Sequence record: PX436236.1 | Origin: a phage | DNA: 64,000 nt | Strand: one strand, 5' to 3' | Shown: in pieces, positions 50,576-60,514 of the stretch | How positions within the stretch are numbered: the stretch's first letter is position 1 | Layout of the letters: each line of letters starts with the position of its first letter | Notes under the pieces: generated by a model | Told to the model about the DNA's origin: nothing | Seen by the model: only the letters and a program-made list of their open reading frames with translations | Database searches by the model: none | Program-made: the position numbers and the translations under genes

Positions 50576-53500
50576 ATGGCTACTTTAAAGCAAATCCAAT
50601 TTAAAAGAAGCAAAGTAGCCGGTGTACGTCCGGCACCGGCCCAGTTGGCTGAAGGCGAACTGGCTATTAACTTAAAGGACCGATTACTTTTTACTAAAGA
50701 CGATACTGGAGCGATTATCGACCTTGGCTTTGCTAAAGGTGGTAATATTGACGGCAATGTTATTCATACCGGTAACTACAACCAGACTGGCGATTACACC
50801 CTAAATGGTACCTTTACCCAAACAGGTGATTTTAATTTAACCGGTATTGCTCGTGTAACTCGTGACATTATTGCCGCTGGCCAGATAATGACCGAAGGCG
50901 GCGAGCTTATTTCTAAGAGTGCATCGACGTCCCATTTGAGATTTTTTGACGGCGCATCCCGCGAACGTGGCATTATCTTTTCGCCAAATAATGCTGGAGC
51001 GACCACTCAGGTAGTTAATATTCGCGTACAAGATTATGCGACAAGTGGCGAAAGCACCTACGCGTTTTCAGGCAATGGTGTGTTTTCTTCCCCTGAAGTT
51101 TTTGGATGGAAATCTGTATCAACTCCGGTAATTTATACCAATAAAGTTATTACTAATAAAAAGGTTAAAGGTGATTATGATATCTATTCAATGGCCGATA
51201 ATACCCCATTGGCAGAAAGTGAAACAGCTATTAACCACCTTCGTGTTATGCGAAATGCCGTTAGTTCGAGCATTTTCCATGAAGTTAAAGATAATGACGG
51301 AATAACCTGGTATGCCGGCGACGGCTTAGAAGCTTATCTTTGGTCATTTACCTGGTCCGGTGGATTGAAAGCAGGCCATTCTATTTCTGTAGGCACCCCA
51401 GGTAACTCTAAAGGATATTCTGAATTAGGAACGGCTTCAATTGCTCTTGGCGATAATGACACCGGGTTAAAATGGCATCAGGATGGATATTATTTCAGCG
51501 TTAATAACGGCACGAGAACTTTCCTGTACGGCCCTGCAGAAACCACCAGTCTTAGAAAAATGGTTATGGGTTATTCTGTAAACGGTACCGATTTAACCAC
51601 TCCTCCGTCGGAAAACTATGCTTTGGCGACGGTTGTCACTTATCATGATAATAACGCGTATGGCGACGGTCAAACTCTTTTAGGTTATTATCAAGGTGGC
51701 AATTATCACCACTATTTCCGTGGTAAGGGTACTACAAACGTTAACACCGCTGGTGGTTTGTTAGTTACTCCTGGTAATATTGATGTTGTTGGTGGTTCGG
51801 TTAATATTGATGGCCGCAACAATGCTTCTACACTAATGTTCAGAGGAAATACTACAGGAAGTAGTTCAGTTGATAATATGACTATCAGCGTTTGGGGTAA
51901 TACCTTTACTAATGTTGATGGCGACCGTAAAAACGTAATGGAAATATCTGATGCTACTAGCTGGATGCAATATATTCAACGAACAACTGCTGGTAAAGTC
52001 GAATCGGTTCTAAATGGCACCCAGATTGTTAATGAAAACTTGACTGTAGTAAAAAATGCTACATTTGACGGTACAATCAGCGCAGCCGGTGAAATCGCGA
52101 CAAATGCTGTAAATGGTCTTCGTATTTGGAACAATGATTACGGTGCCATTTTTAGACGTTCAGAAGGAAGTCTTCATATTATTCCAACTGCTTACGGTGA
52201 AGGTAAAAATGGTGATATCGGACCACTTCGTCCATTTAGTTTGGCTTTAGATACCGGTAAGGTTGTTATTCCTGACCTAGATTTGAGTTATGCTTCTTTT
52301 GCAGCAAACGGCTATATTAAATTCGGTGGACATGGTGCAGGTGCAGGCGGTTACGATATTCAATATGCACAAGCAGCTCCTGTTTTCCAAGAAATTGATG
52401 ATGACGCGGTAAGTAAATATTATCCTATTGTTAAGCAGAAATTCTTACAAGGAAAAGCTGTTTGGTCTTTAGGTACTGAAATTAATTCCGGGACTTTTGT
52501 TTTGCATCATTACAAAGAAGACGGGACCCAAGGTCATACATCAAGATTTAATGCTGATGGTACAGTTAATTTCCCGGATAACGTGCAGGTTGGCGGTGGC
52601 GAAGCTACTATTAGCAAAAATGGTAACATCTGGTCTGATATCTGGAAAACGTTTACTTCTGCCGGTGATGTAACCAATCTTCTTGGTGCTGTCTATAGCC
52701 GTGTTTCTAAAGAAGGCGACACAATGACAGGCCGCTTAACTCTTAATGCAAACTCGGATGCTATTGTTATTAACAGTGCTGCAACCGAATCTGGTTATGT
52801 GAAAGGACAAAAAGCAGGCGTTAATAACTGGTATGTTGGTAATGGCGGCGCTGATAACGCCCTATCGTTTTATAGTTTCCAAACTAATTCAGGCGTTAAT
52901 ATTCATAATAGTGGAGAAGTTGGTTTAGCTCCTCAAGGGGCGGATACTTTTTATTTTAATAGGGACCGTCTTTATATAAAGGCTTCACAATGGGCTGCAC
53001 ACCAAGCTGGCGATTGGGGAACTCAATGGAAGCAAGAAGCTCCGGTGTTTGTAGATTTTGGTAATGTTGGTAATGATAGTTATTATCCGATTATCAAAGG
53101 AAAATCTGGTATTACTAATGAAGGATATGTATCGGGTGTTGATTTCGGTATGCGTCGTATTACTAATACATGGGCCCAAGCTATTATCCGTGTTGGTAAC
53201 CAGGAAAATGGCAACGATCCTGCAGGTATTTTCGAATTCCACTCTAGTGGTTTATTTTACGCCCCGTCTTTAGTCCAGACTCCTGCAATTGGTGTTGGTA
53301 CTGTTAATGGATTAGGCTCTCCTAGTATTGCTATTGGTGATAACGACACAGGATTATCGCATGGTGGTGACGGCCGAATCAATATGGTTGCCAATGGTAT
53401 GCATATTGCTTCATGGTCTAGTTCTTACCATATCCATGAAGGTCTTTGGGATACCACTGGTGCTTTGTGGACTGAAACAGGAAGAGCTATTATTTCTTTT

Positions 53501-53896
53501 GGTCATTTAATCCAACAAAGCGATGCCTATTCAACATTTGTCCGTGACGTTTATGTTCGTTCTGATATTCGTGTTAAAAAAGACCTTGTTAAATTTGAAA
53601 ATGCTTCTGAGAAGCTTTCTAAAATTAACGGCTACACTTATATGCAGAAACGTGGCCTGGATGAAGAAGGTAATCAGAAATGGGAACCTAACGCTGGTTT
53701 AATTGCTCAAGAAGTTCAAGCTATTTTACCTGAATTGGTTGAAGGCGACCCTGATGGTGAAGCTTTACTTCGTTTGAACTATAACGGTGTAATTGGTTTA
53801 AATACAGCTGCAATCAATGAGCACACTGCAGAAATAGCAGAATTGAAATCAGAGATTGAAGAACTTAAAGCATTAATTAAATCATTGTTAAAATAA
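50576..53896 (+). CDS. 37: Long tail fibre distal subunit gp37 with C-terminal intramolecular-chaperone-like domain
   Basis: 1106 aa; N-terminal fibre motifs; C-terminal about 110 aa contains SDIRVKKD and a coiled-coil tail resembling self-cleaving tail-fibre chaperone domains. Confidence 0.85.
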   Translation: MATLKQIQFKRSKVAGVRPAPAQLAEGELAINLKDRLLFTKDDTGAIIDLGFAKGGNIDGNVIHTGNYNQTGDYTLNGTFTQTGDFNLTGIARVTRDIIAAGQIMTEGGELISKSASTSHLRFFDGASRERGIIFSPNNAGATTQVVNIRVQDYATSGESTYAFSGNGVFSSPEVFGWKSVSTPVIYTNKVITNKKVKGDYDIYSMADNTPLAESETAINHLRVMRNAVSSSIFHEVKDNDGITWYAGDGLEAYLWSFTWSGGLKAGHSISVGTPGNSKGYSELGTASIALGDNDTGLKWHQDGYYFSVNNGTRTFLYGPAETTSLRKMVMGYSVNGTDLTTPPSENYALATVVTYHDNNAYGDGQTLLGYYQGGNYHHYFRGKGTTNVNTAGGLLVTPGNIDVVGGSVNIDGRNNASTLMFRGNTTGSSSVDNMTISVWGNTFTNVDGDRKNVMEISDATSWMQYIQRTTAGKVESVLNGTQIVNENLTVVKNATFDGTISAAGEIATNAVNGLRIWNNDYGAIFRRSEGSLHIIPTAYGEGKNGDIGPLRPFSLALDTGKVVIPDLDLSYASFAANGYIKFGGHGAGAGGYDIQYAQAAPVFQEIDDDAVSKYYPIVKQKFLQGKAVWSLGTEINSGTFVLHHYKEDGTQGHTSRFNADGTVNFPDNVQVGGGEATISKNGNIWSDIWKTFTSAGDVTNLLGAVYSRVSKEGDTMTGRLTLNANSDAIVINSAATESGYVKGQKAGVNNWYVGNGGADNALSFYSFQTNSGVNIHNSGEVGLAPQGADTFYFNRDRLYIKASQWAAHQAGDWGTQWKQEAPVFVDFGNVGNDSYYPIIKGKSGITNEGYVSGVDFGMRRITNTWAQAIIRVGNQENGNDPAGIFEFHSSGLFYAPSLVQTPAIGVGTVNGLGSPSIAIGDNDTGLSHGGDGRINMVANGMHIASWSSSYHIHEGLWDTTGALWTETGRAIISFGHLIQQSDAYSTFVRDVYVRSDIRVKKDLVKFENASEKLSKINGYTYMQKRGLDEEGNQKWEPNAGLIAQEVQAILPELVEGDPDGEALLRLNYNGVIGLNTAAINEHTAEIAELKSEIEELKALIKSLLK

Positions 53897-53901
53897 TAAG
53901 A

Positions 53902-53915
53902 GGGGCTTCGGCCCC
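53902..53915 (+). promoter_or_regulatory. C(UUCG)G stem-loop between genes 37 and 38
   Basis: GGGGC-UUCG-GCCCC with no following U tract; the gp38 RBS GGAGG follows immediately. Confidence 0.45.
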
Positions 53916-53927
53916 TTGGAGGTTTAT

Positions 53928-54725
53928 ATGGCAGTAGCAGGACCGTGGATAGGAACTTCTGCAAGGGCGCAGACAGGAGACCCTTGGATGGCAGGAGCCG
54001 CTGTAAGATTAAGAATGGGTGTCCCATTTTGGATGAGTAATATGAACGGTCGGTCTGTTGAAGTAATTCACACCATAACAGCAAACCATAATTTTAATGG
54101 CCAGTGGTTCCGCGACCGCTGTTTTGAAGCAGGCAGCGCACCTATTGTGTTTAATATCACAGGCGATATAGTATCTTACGACCGTAATGTTCCATTGTTC
54201 TTTATGAATGCCGACACACCTAATGAATATGTCAATTTGACTATTCATGGAGGCGTGCATATGTGGGGTCGAGGTGGCCACGGTGGGTGGACCCATTCAG
54301 GTGGCGACGGTAACGGTCAATGGGGCGGTGATTGTATAGTCAACCATATAGGTCATAGACTACGTATTTGGAACTATGGGGTTATCTGTGGCGGTGGTGG
54401 TGGCGGTGGTGGCATTGCGTATCGTCCTCACTCAGGTGCTAACTGGCAAGATATCGGTGGTGGTGGTGGACGTCCATTTGGTCCTGGTGGCGGTGGTGGA
54501 TACTCCGGTGGTGGTGCTTCTTATGAAAGCCCTGGCGGTGGATACGATTATGGTAATGCCCACTCAGGTCGTGGCGGTGATGCTGGCGGCGCTGGCGGCA
54601 ACGCATGGAATGATGGTGGTAAAGTTCTTAAAGTTGGGGCTGGGGGCGGTTCTGGGGCTGCTGTTGCCGTTTCTGCTCCTGCATGGGGCGCGACAGGTAC
54701 GATTTACGGTCCTTGGCTTAGTTAA
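53928..54725 (+). CDS. 38: Receptor-recognising adhesin gp38 (T2/T6 type, glycine-rich motifs)
   Basis: 265 aa from ATG with RBS GGAGG (track uses upstream TTG); conserved N-terminal block [27 protein letters not shown] and multiple poly-Gly motifs. Confidence 0.85.
   Translation: MAVAGPWIGTSARAQTGDPWMAGAAVRLRMGVPFWMSNMNGRSVEVIHTITANHNFNGQWFRDRCFEAGSAPIVFNITGDIVSYDRNVPLFFMNADTPNEYVNLTIHGGVHMWGRGGHGGWTHSGGDGNGQWGGDCIVNHIGHRLRIWNYGVICGGGGGGGGIAYRPHSGANWQDIGGGGGRPFGPGGGGGYSGGGASYESPGGGYDYGNAHSGRGGDAGGAGGNAWNDGGKVLKVGAGGGSGAAVAVSAPAWGATGTIYGPWLS
54391..54413 (+). repeat. (GGY)n simple repeat encoding poly-Gly in gp38
   Basis: GCGGTGGTGGTGGCGGTGGTGGC run; similar shorter runs nearby. Confidence 0.6.
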
Positions 54726-54730
54726 GAATT

Positions 54731-54738
54731 TATAAATA
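54731..54738 (+). promoter_or_regulatory. Late promoter TATAAATA for holin t
   Basis: Exact TATAAATA 19 nt upstream of the t ATG; RBS AAGGAG. Confidence 0.75.
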
Positions 54739-54756
54739 TCTTTAAAGGAGAAAAGT

Positions 54757-55410
54757 ATGGAACCAAAAGTAGGAATATCATTATCAGACCTACTTTTTGG
54801 ACTTCTTGATAGAATTTTTAAAGATACTTCTTCCGGGAAAGTTGTTTTTTCCCGGGTCCTAGTCGTAATATTATTGTTCTTTATGGCATTGGTTTGGTAT
54901 AAAGGCGAGTATATTCTAAACTTTTACAAAGAGACAACTTATGCCTCTTATACTGAAATGATTAGACAAGACCAGGACAATAGATTTAAAATTGCGGCTA
55001 TCGAGCAGCTCCGAATAGTGCATTCTTCTTCAGGCGCAGACTTCACAGCAATATATTCTTTTAGACCAACCAACATGAATTATTTTGTGGATATGGTGGC
55101 TTACGAGGGTAAATTACCGGAAACGGTAGACGCAAAAAACACGGGAGGGTTTCCAATTGACAAAACGTCAGTAGAATATATGGCGGGAGTTAACGGGAAC
55201 TATTTTGAATCAAGTACCGAAACTGTATTCCTTCCTACAAAGAAGAAAACACAATTCACGTATATGTTTTCGTGCCCGTTTTTTAATTTGGATAACGTCT
55301 ACGCCGGCTCGATATCGTTGTACTGGTATGATATCAAACCGGATTTAGGATTTCCTAGACTTTCGTCTATGTGCGGTCAGGCTGGGAGGACATTAGGTCG
55401 AACACGTTAG
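54757..55410 (+). CDS. t: Holin T
   Basis: 217 aa (T4 T is 218 aa); N-terminal TM segment and conserved blocks (DLLFG.LDR.FKD..GKV, YEGKLP, LPTKK, FNLDN.YAG, GR). Confidence 0.9.
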   Translation: MEPKVGISLSDLLFGLLDRIFKDTSSGKVVFSRVLVVILLFFMALVWYKGEYILNFYKETTYASYTEMIRQDQDNRFKIAAIEQLRIVHSSSGADFTAIYSFRPTNMNYFVDMVAYEGKLPETVDAKNTGGFPIDKTSVEYMAGVNGNYFESSTETVFLPTKKKTQFTYMFSCPFFNLDNVYAGSISLYWYDIKPDLGFPRLSSMCGQAGRTLGRTR

Positions 55411-55682
55411 AAATTGGAGGTATACATCATTAAATAACGGTGTATATCTTCATATCCTTCATTAAATTGCTCAATAAGAGTGTCACGTTCATCTTCAGTT
55501 AAAGACTTAAATAATTTGTTATAAGACAAACCATTAAGTTCCTTTCCATGTTCATTACGAATACCCAACTCATTCAAAAAGGCAATAAACTCATCACGAC
55601 GTTGCATGATGTCTTCACAATCCGTTTTAATCAAAATGGAAACAATAGTAGCAATTTCGGAAACAATTTCAATTTTAGTCAT
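55407..55682 (-). CDS. asiA: Anti-sigma70 factor AsiA
   Basis: 91 aa; matches remembered T4 AsiA (ASILIK, FIAFLNE.G, LI..FNEG.E...RYL.MYT). Confidence 0.9.
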   Translation of the reverse strand: MTKIEIVSEIATIVSILIKTDCEDIMQRRDEFIAFLNELGIRNEHGKELNGLSYNKLFKSLTEDERDTLIEQFNEGYEDIHRYLMMYTSNF

Positions 55683-55723
55683 AATATTCTCTTCAATTCA
55701 GTACGTCATTATCTGATAGGGCT

Positions 55724-55752
55724 ATACTAACATATCCTTAGGGATTGTAAAC
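55724..55752 (-). promoter_or_regulatory. Early promoter cassette for asiA
   Basis: Minus-strand GTTTAC-N17-TAGTAT. Confidence 0.55.
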
Positions 55753-55896
55753 ATGTTCTTCGTTCTTTTTAACATATTCCTGATACATCTCTTCTATTGG
55801 TTCCTGGAACTTAAAATCAGCTCCCAGGAATTCCTCAAAGCACTCCTGCTCACGTGTACGCATGCCTGTTACGGTATTCTCTAAGTTATGACTCAT
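55738..55896 (-). CDS. Small hypothetical protein
   Basis: 52 aa ORF below the track cutoff; RBS AAGGG; its 3-prime end overlaps the asiA promoter. Confidence 0.35.
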   Translation of the reverse strand: MSHNLENTVTGMRTREQECFEEFLGADFKFQEPIEEMYQEYVKKNEEHVYNP

Positions 55897-55985
55897 AGCC
55901 TTTACCCTTATGTTTCTGTTTACGTTTAGACTCTTTAAAGTTTTTCTTCTTATCCTTATGGACAGAAGCCTTATTGAAATCGTGC

Positions 55986-56267
55986 TTAGCTACCAGATTG
56001 TTCACGTAATTTCCTTAATTGATATTCAAGAGAGCTGATAATTTCTTTATTAGTTGCAATATACATATCACGTAGGAACGGCTTCAACCCTTCCATATTA
56101 CCATGGATTGTCTTAGAACTAATATTCTTTATATATTCGTGGTCTAAGGCATCCCAAGCTGGTTGGTTCACATAAGTTCCCCAATTATCTTCCACCATGA
56201 CATTCAGTCGTTTAACATGATTAATATGGGCTTCGATTGCATCAATTTGGAGTTGTTTAAGATTCAT
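55986..56267 (-). CDS. Hypothetical protein (arn region)
   Basis: 93 aa ORF between asiA and motA; T4 Arn is about 92 aa but the sequence could not be verified. Confidence 0.5.
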   Translation of the reverse strand: MNLKQLQIDAIEAHINHVKRLNVMVEDNWGTYVNQPAWDALDHEYIKNISSKTIHGNMEGLKPFLRDMYIATNKEIISSLEYQLRKLREQSGS

Positions 56268-56755
56268 TAGTAAAGGTCCTCAGAGTAAAGTTCTTTTTCA
56301 CTACCGCCACGTTCAATACGAACTTGATTAGCATAAGTTGCAATAATCATTGCTTCTTCGCGAGTCCAATAGTTTGAATATTGGTCAATAAATCCTTGGT
56401 CATCACCACAAACATGGTCTGATACAAGTTTATCACTTACCTGGTCGAGAACTTCAGCCATATCTTTAGAATAATGACGAGCACCAGGAATAACCAGAGT
56501 CCCACCGTCTTTTAACTTAAAGCGGTTGGCAGCACACACAATCCTGCGCTGATATTTTTCATTGTTGTTCCAATAGGCAATCTGCCAACATATTTCAGGA
56601 ACCTCTTCTAAAACATCCTCTTCTGTATATTCGGTGTAATCACCGTATGCCCGTAATTTAGCTGCTAGACTTTCAGGCGTCTCACGAGAAAGAGCTTTAT
56701 CTAATAAAGCCATACGGTCTTTAAAGGATAATGCTTTACCTTTTAATAGATTCAT
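56267..56755 (-). CDS. Hypothetical protein
   Basis: 162 aa ORF; overlaps neighbours by start/stop coupling. Confidence 0.5.
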   Translation of the reverse strand: MNLLKGKALSFKDRMALLDKALSRETPESLAAKLRAYGDYTEYTEEDVLEEVPEICWQIAYWNNNEKYQRRIVCAANRFKLKDGGTLVIPGARHYSKDMAEVLDQVSDKLVSDHVCGDDQGFIDQYSNYWTREEAMIIATYANQVRIERGGSEKELYSEDLY

Positions 56756-57099
56756 TTGAAAATCACCTTATGGCCGTTATCTTTAGCAAATTCTTGAATT
56801 TTGGTGGCAGTTTCAATTAAATCACCTTTATAATAGGATGATAATTTAATATTAACTGTTTGGCCCTCGCCATACGAAGTTATATTTACCTTTTCAATAA
56901 AAATAATCTCAAGAAATCGTAATAACTGCATACCAAATTCAAGATAAACGTTATCAATCTGGAGATCGAGTTGGTAAATTTTCTTAATACCGCTTACCAA
57001 AGCTACACGCTCGTCCCAATCATTACGTTGTTCTTCAATCAATTTAAGGGAATGACCTTCACCGTCCCAGTTAAGTTCCATCGGAATCATTTGAACCAT
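56752..57099 (-). CDS. Hypothetical protein
   Basis: 115 aa ORF. Confidence 0.5.
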   Translation of the reverse strand: MVQMIPMELNWDGEGHSLKLIEEQRNDWDERVALVSGIKKIYQLDLQIDNVYLEFGMQLLRFLEIIFIEKVNITSYGEGQTVNIKLSSYYKGDLIETATKIQEFAKDNGHKVIFK

Positions 57100-57416
57100 C
57101 CTTTAACACGTTGCCATAAAGTTTTCTGTTGAGCTTTATTTACACCAATTGAACGAATAACAGGTTGTGATTCCTGGTATTCTTTGTAGTCTGCTTGGTA
57201 CACCTCACCAGCAGCATCAACGAAAGAACCTAATGCCGCCATAAAAGTATCACGAGAACCGTATGGAGCGCCTGAATCATTACGGACGATTAAGTATTTA
57301 CCGACTTTAACCTTTATGATACTTCCAAGATAAGCACCGTGATACCAGATATCCCAACCTTCTTGGGTGTTTTCTTTACAACGCTGTAATTCACACAGAA
57401 TATTAAACTTGTTCAT
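57087..57416 (-). CDS. Hypothetical protein (motA.1 region)
   Basis: 109 aa ORF immediately downstream of motA. Confidence 0.5.
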   Translation of the reverse strand: MNKFNILCELQRCKENTQEGWDIWYHGAYLGSIIKVKVGKYLIVRNDSGAPYGSRDTFMAALGSFVDAAGEVYQADYKEYQESQPVIRSIGVNKAQQKTLWQRVKGWFK

Positions 57417-57430
57417 AATAATTTCCTCAG

Positions 57431-58066
57431 TCAGATAATTGCGTTGGTTACGGTTTTGATAACTTCAGATGATACGTTTTGGAAGTCGATATAAGTATTC
57501 TTACCACCAGTCTTAATCTTAACATCAAGATTCAAGGAAGTAAACACTTGTTTTTCTTTATCAGTCATATTATAACCGAAGATGCGCATCATTCCGTCAC
57601 GACGGACTTCAATTTGACGAATACCATTGGTACGTTTGGCGAATCGAACTTCAAGGTTGCTACGGTTTTCAGCAATTTCACGAATCTCGATACGGTCTTC
57701 TAATAAAGCTTTAACTTCATCAGCCAGTGTTACCATTTCAGGAGTAACACCACGTGAACTACGCGTTTTACGTTTTTCCAACATCTCTGGGGCATTTTCA
57801 GAAGCGAACAGGTCGGCAGCTTTTTGAACTAGGTCCATTGCTTCACCTGTAGCCACTAGTCCGTCACCAGATTTTTCGATGAATCCTTTCTTAATTAATA
57901 CACCGATATTAGAGTTAACTACCGCAGCACTAAATTGCTCACTCAGGGCTTCACGGACTTCGCCTGAAGTGATGAAGTTATGCTTGATGATATGTACTAA
58001 GATCGAAGCCGTTTTTTCATTCAGGGCGTCTTCAGAAGCTTTGATGATATAAGTAATTTTAGACAT
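57431..58066 (-). CDS. motA: Middle transcription activator MotA
   Basis: 211 aa, same length as T4 MotA; near-identical N-terminus (MSKITYIIKAS.D.LNEKTA...NSNIGVLIKKG..EKSGDGL) and RTNGIR/RIFGY blocks. Confidence 0.9.
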   Translation of the reverse strand: MSKITYIIKASEDALNEKTASILVHIIKHNFITSGEVREALSEQFSAAVVNSNIGVLIKKGFIEKSGDGLVATGEAMDLVQKAADLFASENAPEMLEKRKTRSSRGVTPEMVTLADEVKALLEDRIEIREIAENRSNLEVRFAKRTNGIRQIEVRRDGMMRIFGYNMTDKEKQVFTSLNLDVKIKTGGKNTYIDFQNVSSEVIKTVTNAII

Positions 58067-58101
58067 TTTGTATCTCCGATAACCATTTATTTGATAGGTC
58101 T

Positions 58102-58130
58102 ATAGTATCATGTTTAAAGCAGATGTAAAC
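58102..58130 (-). promoter_or_regulatory. Early promoter cassette for motA
   Basis: Minus-strand GTTTAC-N17-TACTAT. Confidence 0.55.
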
Positions 58131-58154
58131 TCTTTTTGCACTAAACCTAAAAAA

Positions 58155-58170
58155 GGAACCCGAAGGTTCC
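58155..58170 (-). terminator. Intrinsic terminator with UUCG loop
   Basis: mRNA-sense GGAACC-UUCG-GGUUCC followed by UUUUUU. Confidence 0.7.
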
Positions 58171-58275
58171 TTACTTTTTAAAGTTGGCTGCTATTAAACC
58201 TATAGCTAAGCCTGTCGCCAGGCCTAGGATAACAGCAAAGATACAGAGTAACAAGAACTCGACTCCAAGGCTCAT
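58171..58275 (-). CDS. Small hydrophobic peptide downstream of gene 52
   Basis: 34 aa single-TM-like ORF (MSLGVEFLLLCIFAVILGLATGLAIGLIAANFKK); ATGA overlap with the gp52 stop. Confidence 0.4.
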   Translation of the reverse strand: MSLGVEFLLLCIFAVILGLATGLAIGLIAANFKK

Positions 58276-59600
58276 AGAGCCTCCAAATCTTTAACATACT
58301 CAGTTACAACATCAGTGGTTTTCCAATATTGATGCTCTTCTTTCTTAGCCTTGGCTTCCAAAGCCAGTTTCTTGGCTTCATCAGAAGTGATATGGAAAAT
58401 GTTCATGGCCACTAGTTTATCAGCGTATTCGCCATAGACTTTATTACTAGCCAATTCTTCGGTTAAAACCTTGCGAGTCTTACCTTGGATAACCACTACA
58501 CCATCAATAACATCTTTGATGAATGTGGCTTTAGCCAATGCCAGTTTGAAAGCTTCTTCAGTTTCGATGATTTTACCATCAATACGTTTCTGTACAAAGG
58601 TCTTACGGACCTCAACGAAATCACGAATCAGTTCAACTGCATCTTCGTAAACCTTAAGTTTACCTTTTTCATTAATGACGGTCAGGTTTTGTGAACGACG
58701 TTCGATTAACCCGAAGTCCTTCATGATTTTTTCGTGCTTCTTGTTTTCTTCAGTAGGCAATTCATATTCTTTACGAATCTTAACCTTGAAGCCGAAACCG
58801 TTCTCGTCACAATCATCATCATATGTGATATACCCTTTGTCTTCCAGAGGGTCTAATATCTTGGCCACATACGTTTCACGGTCGTATTTGTATGGGATTT
58901 CCGTGATATGCATTTGGGTTCGAGATGTGAACTTATAGGTTCCACGAATCTCATAACTACCAGGTTCAATCTCAACAACATCACCGCGGAATTCAGGATA
59001 AGCCACTTTAGGTTTGGTTACGCGTTTTTCCTGAAGAACTTGCAATACAGTTTTCTTAACAGAATCAAAACTATGAGGAAGAATATTAGTTGCATAACCA
59101 GTTGCAATACCGGAAACGCCATTAAGAAGAACAGTAGGAATAATAGGCAGATAAAAAGCCGGTGGCTTATGTTCAACATCCGCATGAACCGGAGCATATT
59201 CTGTGTCCTTATAAACTTTTGCAAAGTTACTTCCAATACGAGCAAAAATATAACGAGAGGCTGCAGCTTTTTGAACCAATCGGGAGCCAAAGTTACCTTG
59301 ACCGTCTAACAATGGATAGTTGTTGTTCCATGTGTTAGCCATCAAAGCCCCTGCTTCCTGAGCAGAACCTTCACCGTGGTGATATCCGAGGTCGGCTACA
59401 CCACCAGCGATAGAAGCCAGTTTGTGGAATTTTTCTTTATTACCACGAGCCATATCAAGACAACGAGCCACTACAAAACGTTGTACAGGTTTAAAGCCAT
59501 CAATCATATTTGGAATGGCTCGGTTTTCGACAGTATACATTGCATAAGCCAATGCTTCGTTGTCGATAATACTTTTTAAACCACGAGATGTTAATTCCAT
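58272..59600 (-). CDS. 52: DNA topoisomerase II medium subunit gp52
   Basis: 442 aa, same length as T4 gp52; type II topoisomerase A-subunit-like N-terminus. Confidence 0.85.
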   Translation of the reverse strand: MELTSRGLKSIIDNEALAYAMYTVENRAIPNMIDGFKPVQRFVVARCLDMARGNKEKFHKLASIAGGVADLGYHHGEGSAQEAGALMANTWNNNYPLLDGQGNFGSRLVQKAAASRYIFARIGSNFAKVYKDTEYAPVHADVEHKPPAFYLPIIPTVLLNGVSGIATGYATNILPHSFDSVKKTVLQVLQEKRVTKPKVAYPEFRGDVVEIEPGSYEIRGTYKFTSRTQMHITEIPYKYDRETYVAKILDPLEDKGYITYDDDCDENGFGFKVKIRKEYELPTEENKKHEKIMKDFGLIERRSQNLTVINEKGKLKVYEDAVELIRDFVEVRKTFVQKRIDGKIIETEEAFKLALAKATFIKDVIDGVVVIQGKTRKVLTEELASNKVYGEYADKLVAMNIFHITSDEAKKLALEAKAKKEEHQYWKTTDVVTEYVKDLEAL

Positions 59601-59604
59601 AATT

Positions 59605-59745
59605 TTACCATACTAGTGAATGAATAGCCATAATAACATCGGAAATAAAAAGCACAACTTGGATAAGTCCGAACATTACTCCGTAATACAGCGCTACTAA
59701 TAATGCAGCAAGGGCTAAAGAGTAGCCCAAGATTTTATTAATCAT
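59605..59745 (-). CDS. Small membrane protein
   Basis: 46 aa hydrophobic ORF from internal ATG; overlaps the upstream small ORF stop. Confidence 0.4.
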   Translation of the reverse strand: MINKILGYSLALAALLVALYYGVMFGLIQVVLFISDVIMAIHSLVW

Positions 59746-59899
59746 TTTTAATCGTCTTAAGTAAACCGACAAAAGTAGAAAGAACCCAACCAATAAGCAG
59801 AAAACTTAAGAATATCGGACCAGGGGTCCACACACCTAAAAAGAAGCAAACTGAACAGACTATAGCCATAATAAGTTCAATAAAAACTAGGATAACCAT
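59738..59899 (-). CDS. Ac-like small membrane protein
   Basis: 53 aa hydrophobic ORF below the track cutoff with RBS GAGGAAAAT, in the T4 ac position (T4 Ac is about 51 aa). Confidence 0.45.
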   Translation of the reverse strand: MVILVFIELIMAIVCSVCFFLGVWTPGPIFLSFLLIGWVLSTFVGLLKTIKND

Positions 59900-59909
59900 A
59901 TTTTCCTCA

Positions 59910-59987
59910 TTAGCGTCCGAAGACGCCTTTAGTTTTAAGATTGTTACGATAGAACTGCATCACATGCTCGTTATGGAAATTACTCAT
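59910..59987 (-). CDS. stp: Stp peptide
   Basis: 25 aa [28 protein letters not shown], matching remembered T4 Stp; TAATG overlap with the ndd stop. Confidence 0.75.
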
Positions 59988-60436
59988 TAGTAAGCCTGCA
60001 GGATGAATTTAAAGTTATCAGCCAACATACGGTTCATTTCTTCCAGTGTCTGGAGGTCGGAACTATGATTACGAGTGAAAGCCATTGCAATTTGACCCTT
60101 ACCAAAACCTGTAGTCAGGGGTTTCATCTTAGAAGCCGGTACATAAAGAACTTCATACACAACACCGTTCACTGCCATAGTGCGAGCTGATTGAGAACGT
60201 TTCTTACGAATGTTAGCCACGATACCGTCGAGCCCTTGGGCCGAACGTTGATTACCGACATAAAAACGAGCCGCTACGACACGAGAATCAGCACCACCTT
60301 TAACAAAGAAGTAGAAGCCTGGTTGAGCAGAGATTTCTTTAGAAGGTTTACCATTTTGGTATTCACCGTTCTTAACATAAGCAACAGTAGTAGCACCAGC
60401 AGACAGAACGTTACGGCGAGTCATATAAGTATTCAT
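59987..60436 (-). CDS. ndd: Nucleoid disruption protein Ndd
   Basis: 149 aa; C-terminal half near-identical to remembered T4 Ndd ([56 protein letters not shown]). Confidence 0.9.
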
Positions 60437-60485
60437 ATCAATTTCCTCAGTAGATTAATGTTTTGTTATCCAGTCAACGAGAACC

Positions 60486-60514
60486 ATTATAACATGATTC
60501 TCGAGGTTGTAAAC
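60486..60514 (-). promoter_or_regulatory. Early promoter for ndd
   Basis: Minus-strand GTTTAC-N17-TATAAT (perfect -10). Confidence 0.6.

Noticed and set aside
53902-53915. Hairpin between genes 37 and 38 as a transcription terminator
   Set aside because: No U tract follows and the gp38 RBS starts within 5 nt; more likely a stabilising or processing structure, so it is listed as a regulatory stem-loop instead.
53916-53927. Upstream TTG start for gp38, and similar TTG/GTG starts at 9247, 25089, 40964 and 62790
   Set aside because: Each has a downstream ATG with a proper Shine-Dalgarno sequence and homology beginning there; the upstream extension at 53916 would initiate inside a stable hairpin.
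54009-54735. Track ORFs 54009..54296 (-) and 54376..54735 (+) within gp38
   Set aside because: Alternative-frame or antisense readings of the glycine-rich GGN repeats giving Val/Ala-rich low-complexity products.
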